In this document: positions 24,016 to 29,078 of the stretch, one piece after another
How positions within the stretch are numbered: position 1 is the stretch's first letter
Layout of the letters: each line of letters begins with the position of its first letter
IMG/VR virus record: IMGVR_UViG_3300027362_000022
Span: 1 to 29,078 of that record
Reading direction: 5' to 3' (one strand)
DNA: 29,078 nt
Source: a virus
Lineage: Duplodnaviria; Caudoviricetes
Position numbers and translations under genes: made by a program
The notes under the pieces: model-generated
Seen by the model: only the letters and a program-made list of their open reading frames with translations
Told to the model about the DNA's origin: nothing
Database searches by the model: none

Positions 24016-26258
24016 TTTAAATCACTCCATCGTTTTCCACCGGAAGCCATGCCTATTGGTATGACCATTGTGCGCTTCACTTTGTCTGCACCAACAATCT
24101 CTACTGGAACTGTAAACATCTTCTTCACTTCTGTATTTACCCACTCTGCCCCTTCCTTATACTGGTAAGGAGTAGAATCATGGATGTTGGCCTTGATGCG
24201 AACTACACCTATGAACTTCCCATACACTTGTTCCCACCAAAGCTTGTAGAAGTTTCTATTGGTAATCATCCCAGAAAGATTCTGGGGTTTGTGTGCTACC
24301 ATTGAGTTGAAGTAGTGGTGGTTATTCTTAGGATCACCAAAACACCAGCGAGTATGGCCTAATGGACTGGTAAGCCGTTTAGTAATCTCAATCTCTGTTA
24401 CTACTGACTGGTAGAATAGCCCCTTTACTTGTGGGTATGCTGCCGCAGATCGCTTCAACAGCAAAGCACACACCGCCTTTAGTGTCATCTTTGGATCAAG
24501 TCGCAACAGCAGTTTCGCCTTCGTTACATTCTTTGGCCCCATTGTATTTAGCAGCGTATTTTCCTTCATGTTGTAATTATCCCCATGACCAATACGCTTT
24601 GCTAGGTAGCGAATGCCATCTGCTTCCTTATCTACAGGCTTCTCAGTTTTTTGATCCCATATTTTTTCATAAGGTATCCCGAAAAACTCTTTAACATTCC
24701 AAGCATGAAAATCTTTTCCTGACTCGACAAGCCAGAGAAGCTTGGAGTCTCCCGATAAATAAGCGACACACCTAGCTTCGGATTGCTTACAATCGGGTTC
24801 TGAAAGTAACCATCCACTATCGCTAACGAGGAATTGTTTAATGCTATCTCCCCGTGGAATGTTCTGGATTTGAAATCCCAACCAAAAACTGCTTTCACTA
24901 CTAGAGAACCGTCCTGTGTCTGTGCCAGCAGGATTGAGTCGGTATAAGAGTCGAACGCCTTTGGGAGAGTGAAGAAATTTGCTGTCCAAGATATAGGTAG
25001 AAAGTAATTTTGCACCTTCTTTATACGCTTTGATTTCACCGAGAACCCTCGAATTAAGTGGATGACGAAACTCAGCCTTCATGGAGTTTGCTTTATCAGT
25101 ACTAGTAAGGTCTCCACAACCTAGCACTGCAAACAACTTCAGCATCTGCTTGGGACTGCGTGGATTGAAGAAAGGAGCCTTGGTCATGCGGCGGATTCCC
25201 ACTAGTTTCGACTCTACTTCCTTCTTCTTCTCCACAGAAACTACCTCAAATCTTTCCTTATCTACTTTCCACCCTTCTAGTTCACAGTGAATAGCAGGAA
25301 AGACTTGGGGGAATTCCTCAACGTAGTTTGCTATTGCCCATTCGGGTAATTCAGCCATAAGAGCAAGAAAAGCATTAATTGTAGCCCAGCCGTCAAGAGC
25401 ATTATAACGGTAGTAGTCCTCAAGATTCCCAGTTTTTCCATCGTCCTTCCAGAACCGAATAGTGCGGAGTGCGAAAGCCGCCACAAAGTCAAGTCTTTTA
25501 GGACACTCAGCATACCAAGAATGAAAAAGATTAAGAGTATCAAAAAACCAATTGCGGAGAGGACAGTTAAAGCGTAGTAGATATACAGCATCGTATGTTC
25601 CTCCTTGTAGGACTTTTGGTGCGTCTAGGCTGCAAAACTTACGGACCCATGTTAGCCAGAACAGATCGGTAAATGGTATAACAAGCGAGTGAGTTGTATG
25701 GTCAGCAAAGTAAGCAGTAAAACTAATACAATTAACCAGTAAGTTAGGATTCGGGATAGGTGTTTCAATGTCCACTGAAACAAAGAGAGCTTGTTGGAAA
25801 TCATTATAAGTTTCAGATATATCTCTTTCATTTGCTGTGCTCCAAGAGAAAGCTGTTTGTGGGAACCAATAGGCAGGAGCTGTTAGTTTCTTTATGAACC
25901 GGCAGAAGATAAACGCGCCATATGGCACAGTCATTATCTGCTCAGGTGGATTGAGCACAACTACAGGAATGCCACTACGGAGGGAGAGGAAGGAACCTTG
26001 GTAGTCATCAAGTGTGAGAGCCTTCCTGTTTGGTGCATGTATGAAGTCAGGAGTAGCGTCGAGAATGCGCTCCAGTAGAGACTGATTCGCGCAGAGGATT
26101 CCTGTGATTCCCGCAGTCCGACACTGGGATTCCAGTTCCGACAGTGTATCAGGTGTGCGGACTAGCACTGATACTTTGTGACCAATCAGAACTGAGAGTG
26201 TGGAAAAGCGGGATAGGTAACTCTGCTGGTCTGGTGTGGTGCAAAGAAGAAGATGCAC
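24012..26258 (-). CDS. Family A DNA polymerase with 3'-5' exonuclease and degenerate UDG-like N-terminal domain
   Basis: ExoI VDIET, ExoII GTYDAVYL, ExoIII YNALD; GTDTGRFSS, QIQNIPR, motif A PDCKQSEAR, motif B RYLAKRIGHGDNY, motif C NIHDS; GTG start. Confidence 0.93.
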   Translation of the reverse strand: MHLLLCTTPDQQSYLSRFSTLSVLIGHKVSVLVRTPDTLSELESQCRTAGITGILCANQSLLERILDATPDFIHAPNRKALTLDDYQGSFLSLRSGIPVVVLNPPEQIMTVPYGAFIFCRFIKKLTAPAYWFPQTAFSWSTANERDISETYNDFQQALFVSVDIETPIPNPNLLVNCISFTAYFADHTTHSLVIPFTDLFWLTWVRKFCSLDAPKVLQGGTYDAVYLLRFNCPLRNWFFDTLNLFHSWYAECPKRLDFVAAFALRTIRFWKDDGKTGNLEDYYRYNALDGWATINAFLALMAELPEWAIANYVEEFPQVFPAIHCELEGWKVDKERFEVVSVEKKKEVESKLVGIRRMTKAPFFNPRSPKQMLKLFAVLGCGDLTSTDKANSMKAEFRHPLNSRVLGEIKAYKEGAKLLSTYILDSKFLHSPKGVRLLYRLNPAGTDTGRFSSSESSFWLGFQIQNIPRGDSIKQFLVSDSGWLLSEPDCKQSEARCVAYLSGDSKLLWLVESGKDFHAWNVKEFFGIPYEKIWDQKTEKPVDKEADGIRYLAKRIGHGDNYNMKENTLLNTMGPKNVTKAKLLLRLDPKMTLKAVCALLLKRSAAAYPQVKGLFYQSVVTEIEITKRLTSPLGHTRWCFGDPKNNHHYFNSMVAHKPQNLSGMITNRNFYKLWWEQVYGKFIGVVRIKANIHDSTPYQYKEGAEWVNTEVKKMFTVPVEIVGADKVKRTMVIPIGMASGGKRWSDLK

Positions 26259-26265
26259 AGGAGTC

Positions 26266-26463
26266 CTAGAGCTTGGAGTTCATGAAGTCATCAACAGTAA
26301 CAGGCTTGCAGCGGTGAACTAGGCAAGTCTTAGGATCAATGAGTTTCCAGGTGCCATCAAATTCTTCCCAAGCAAGTCCATCTTTACCACAGAGTTTACA
26401 CTCGCGGCCAAAAGAAGGAAAGTTAGTGTCATCTACATCGTAATCATCGAATAAACTATTCAC
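26266..26463 (-). CDS. Small zinc-binding protein
   Basis: 65 aa; CKLC...HRC; GTG start overlapping the upstream gene. Confidence 0.55.
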   Translation of the reverse strand: MNSLFDDYDVDDTNFPSFGRECKLCGKDGLAWEEFDGTWKLIDPKTCLVHRCKPVTVDDFMNSKL

Positions 26464-26716
26464 GGTTCATTCTCTCTGCCCAATGACGTTCTGCGTCTGG
26501 GTGTAAGTGACAATACTTGCTGCGTTTACGGTGGACAAAAGCATACCCTCCACAATCACAATTTTCTTTGTACCGTCTGAGTCTATCTTTACACAGAAAA
26601 AGTTTGCGTTTTCCACAATGTAAACAAACAGGTGGTCGAATGTATTCCTTTGGATTCTTGTCAAGAGTTCTCCTAGTCCAACAGGCACGACAGCGACAGG
26701 GATAGCGAACCCTCAC
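26456..26716 (-). CDS. Cys-rich basic zinc-finger protein
   Basis: 86 aa; CRAC, CLHC, CDCGGYAFVHR...C. Confidence 0.6.
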   Translation of the reverse strand: MRVRYPCRCRACWTRRTLDKNPKEYIRPPVCLHCGKRKLFLCKDRLRRYKENCDCGGYAFVHRKRSKYCHLHPDAERHWAERMNRE

Positions 26717-26724
26717 AAAAATTC

Positions 26725-26761
26725 CACAGAAATACGCCGGGAAGCTAATACTTTCCGGCGC
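26725..26761 (-). terminator. Stem-loop downstream of the SSB-like gene
   Basis: Read on +, CGCCGGGAAG (26735-26744) pairs with CTTTCCGGCG (26751-26760); on the - strand it is followed by a weak T-rich tail (ATTTCTGT). Confidence 0.5.
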
Positions 26762-26778
26762 ACGTTGGCTACAACAGT

Positions 26779-27231
26779 TTACAGCAGTTCTGCGTTTACT
26801 ACGTTGGCGTAAATCTTGTCCTTATCTTCCTTGTCAGGACGCTGCTTGACAGTAGCAGCAATAACGACATTCTTTACAGATGCAATAACTTCTGAAACTT
26901 TCTTGCCTTGCAGTCCCAGCCCTTCCAAGAGTGGCGCAAGGAACAACTTGAAGTTCCCTTGACCAAACTCATTGTCCATTGTGTAGAGAGTGGAAAACTT
27001 CGTTCCATTCTCAACCGGAGTTTCAGCAGGATTCTTCAGTTCCAGCGTCTCTTGCACAACAAACTGTGCTTCCACACAGGGATGGGTGTTTACAACTTTG
27101 CGCTCCAAGGAGACTTGGAGTTTGTAGTGTCCAACTGGCGGCACTATAAACGGTGGCAAGTCTTTCAGATCGTCAATGCTTGCATCCATCAGATCTTCGA
27201 TTGGTACGATGTTTTTTGCTTCAGTAGTCAT
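26779..27231 (-). CDS. Putative ssDNA-binding protein (DUF669-like OB fold)
   Basis: PPF.VPPVGHY N-terminal motif and C-terminal IYANV strand; sits in the exonuclease-Sak4 module; ATAGGA RBS. Confidence 0.6.
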   Translation of the reverse strand: MTTEAKNIVPIEDLMDASIDDLKDLPPFIVPPVGHYKLQVSLERKVVNTHPCVEAQFVVQETLELKNPAETPVENGTKFSTLYTMDNEFGQGNFKLFLAPLLEGLGLQGKKVSEVIASVKNVVIAATVKQRPDKEDKDKIYANVVNAELL

Positions 27232-27270
27232 GATTGCGAAATTCCTATAGGTTGATAAAAGTGATTGATG

Positions 27271-27690
27271 TTACTTCTGGGGTGGATACAAAAATGATAC
27301 TGCTTCTCCTGCTGTATCATCTATTGCATCCGGTTTGCGAGGTGCAAGCTCAAGTCTGCGTTCTTCCTCCATTGCTAGAAACAGTAGTAAGTAAACTAGT
27401 AAGTCATGCGCCCGACCTTCTATGGGTTCAGCCTTTACCCTTAGAGTTCCACTTGCAAGATCCTTGATGTGCTGGTCTATTGCATCCCAATGCTTTCCAG
27501 CGTAGACTGCCCATACTTGTTCCTTCAGAAGTCCCAGTCTGGCAGCATTGCGGCGGAAGTTAGCAAGACGGTCTTTGTCTCCACTATACTCCCCACCTTT
27601 TTCAATACCGAGTTTGGTAATTTCGTTGAAGGTTCTATTTAACAGTGCTACCCACGACTCCTGCTTGTATTCCCGTACTCTGTTGTCCAT
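27271..27690 (-). CDS. DUF1599 / nucleotide-modification-associated domain 1 (Nmad1)-like protein
   Basis: Start placed at ATG 27690 (AAGGA RBS); KGGEYS...RLANF...KHWDAI...EPIEGRAHDLLVYLLL follows the K..DY...NF...K...E.IED...DL..Y pattern. Confidence 0.6.
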   Translation of the reverse strand: MDNRVREYKQESWVALLNRTFNEITKLGIEKGGEYSGDKDRLANFRRNAARLGLLKEQVWAVYAGKHWDAIDQHIKDLASGTLRVKAEPIEGRAHDLLVYLLLFLAMEEERRLELAPRKPDAIDDTAGEAVSFLYPPQK

Positions 27691-28540
27691 CTGTTTTCCT
27701 TGTAAGTAGTGAAAGAATGTTTTGACTACCATCTGCGAGTTTCTCAATTTCAATACCAGTTCTAGTGCCTGTCATTATCCTGCCATCGTGAACAGTACTG
27801 CTGAATGCTCTATGTTTCTTGTTCACAATATCGAGGTAAATAATATTGTCAAAGTACCTCCCAAACTGGCGACTAAAATTACGAGTGCCAGCAGCAGGGA
27901 CAATCGTTTCAACATTGTTTCCAGGTGCATCTTTACCACCTCCACCAGCAGTATCTTGAATTTGTTCAATCATAATTTCATGAGAGACAGCAGCACAGTT
28001 GAAGTTTCCACTCTGCATGAGGCTGAAAATTCTATCCAGCATGAAACCTTGCGCTCGATAATCATGAAAGGTTGGTTTGTATTCCCAATTATCTTTCTGC
28101 ATTTCAACCTTGATTACTGCATACATAGCAGAAAGGGATAGCTGAGTAACACTGTTGATAACAAGCCAATCATCTAGCCCAAATTCATTCAGGCAGATTC
28201 TCTCGCTCGGCGCAGAGTCTTTTGTGCATGGAACACAAGCTACCTTTCCATGCTTCCAGCAAATACTTACTGCTGCTCCCTTCATAACCTTGAGCATGGT
28301 TTCTATTGCCATTGGCACAAGCTGGTTGTCAGGAATCCTGAATACATGGATGTTCTTGTGGAACTCCACAGGAAGAATAGCAGGATTCAACAGTGTTTTG
28401 ATCCCATCTTCTAAATCAAACCACCACAGTTGTTTTCCAGTTCTTGCTAGCTGACCAATGAAGGAATCTTTACCAGTCTTACTGCGTCCGTAGGCAAGAA
28501 CTCTGTGAGTTTCTTTAGCTTTGTATTCACTTAGGAGCAT
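27635..28540 (-). CDS. Sak4-like / AAA_24 RecA-fold ATPase
   Basis: Start placed at ATG 28540 (GAGGA RBS); VLAYGRSKTGKD (Walker A), WFDLEDG, LVINSVTQL (Walker B position), AVSHE, YFDNIIY. Confidence 0.78.
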   Translation of the reverse strand: MLLSEYKAKETHRVLAYGRSKTGKDSFIGQLARTGKQLWWFDLEDGIKTLLNPAILPVEFHKNIHVFRIPDNQLVPMAIETMLKVMKGAAVSICWKHGKVACVPCTKDSAPSERICLNEFGLDDWLVINSVTQLSLSAMYAVIKVEMQKDNWEYKPTFHDYRAQGFMLDRIFSLMQSGNFNCAAVSHEIMIEQIQDTAGGGGKDAPGNNVETIVPAAGTRNFSRQFGRYFDNIIYLDIVNKKHRAFSSTVHDGRIMTGTRTGIEIEKLADGSQNILSLLTRKTDGQQSTGIQAGVVGSTVK

Positions 28541-28745
28541 GGATTTGTTCCTCTGCGTCAGATTGTGCAAGACGTTTTTCTGCAATTGTTCGGAAAAGGT
28601 TATGATGCCATTTTTCTTCAGTTACAAATTTTTTTCCACACAAGCAATAGTAGTAGCGATGAATGAATCTGTTTCCTTGTCTAGTTGTTTCTACTGCTGG
28701 GAATTTTCCACAACTACAAACAAAAGCTCGCTGTTGTCGTCTCAC
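28527..28745 (-). CDS. Zinc-ribbon protein (NrdR N-terminus-like)
   Basis: GTG start in a GTGA overlap with the upstream stop; CSCG...VETTR...HRYYYCLCGKKFVTEE. Confidence 0.5.
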   Translation of the reverse strand: MRRQQRAFVCSCGKFPAVETTRQGNRFIHRYYYCLCGKKFVTEEKWHHNLFRTIAEKRLAQSDAEEQIHAPK

Positions 28746-29077
28746 TCCATTTCCTTCATCACTTCCGAAAGCTTGAATATGTAGTCTACTTGTTCTGGAG
28801 TATCCATTCCTAGTTCCCATGTGTGGAATCTGTCTACTCTTGTGTGGTCGTGGAGGTCGCAGACACCGTAGAACTGGCAAGTCTTGTTGAAACTCCAACA
28901 AGCATTTCCACGCTTAGGAAAGAATCCAAGCTGCACGTAGGTGTTTACTGTAGTCTGATCTAGCAGCAAGTCTTGCAGCCACTCTGCGCGCTGCTTCCTA
29001 GACTTCGTGAAGGGGAAAACTATCCACTCCCGGCGCGTGGAGCTGTATGCGAAGTAGAGAACTTGGAAAGTAGTAAC
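28742..29077 (-). CDS. C-terminus of a PD-(D/E)XK Cas4-like exonuclease, 5'-truncated
   Basis: Frame is open to the window edge (VTTFQVLYFAYSSTRREW...); FPKRGNACWSFNKTCQFYGVC three-Cys cluster; upstream of the Sak4/SSB genes. The catalytic motif lies outside the window. Confidence 0.6.
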   Translation of the reverse strand, partial: VTTFQVLYFAYSSTRREWIVFPFTKSRKQRAEWLQDLLLDQTTVNTYVQLGFFPKRGNACWSFNKTCQFYGVCDLHDHTRVDRFHTWELGMDTPEQVDYIFKLSEVMKEME

Positions 29078-29078
29078 A

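Noticed and set aside
28746-28901. N-terminal extension of the 124 aa ORF in the track
   Set aside because: It overlaps the exonuclease gene out of frame; the GTGA-coupled start at 28745 gives a compact zinc ribbon.
28742-29078. CRISPR-Cas system suggested by the Cas4-like Cys cluster
   Set aside because: No repeat-spacer array or other cas genes; stand-alone Cas4-like nucleases are usual in phage Sak4/SSB modules.

Overview
A 29 kb piece of a tailed dsDNA phage genome, most likely podovirus-type (short tail, large ejection proteins, no sheath or tape-measure/baseplate module in view). The M15 endolysin type suggests a proteobacterial host. The + strand (1-21439) carries late genes: major capsid (5'-truncated), adaptor, tail fibre plus chaperone, nozzle-like protein, a block of small unknown putative virion genes (including a GC-rich insert and a six-repeat protein), a lysis region containing an intact GH5 endoglucanase, and three internal virion proteins (one with a lytic transglycosylase domain). 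The - strand (29078-21433) carries replication genes: Cas4-like exonuclease (truncated), Sak4-like ATPase, DUF1599/Nmad1-like protein, SSB-like protein, Zn-finger proteins, a family A DNA polymerase (His at the 762-equivalent site, degenerate UDG-like N-terminus), a DUF3987-like P-loop protein, an AP2-like remnant and a MazG-like NTP pyrophosphatase. No tRNA, rRNA, CRISPR array, integrase or reverse transcriptase was seen. All family calls come from motif recognition by eye, not database searches.
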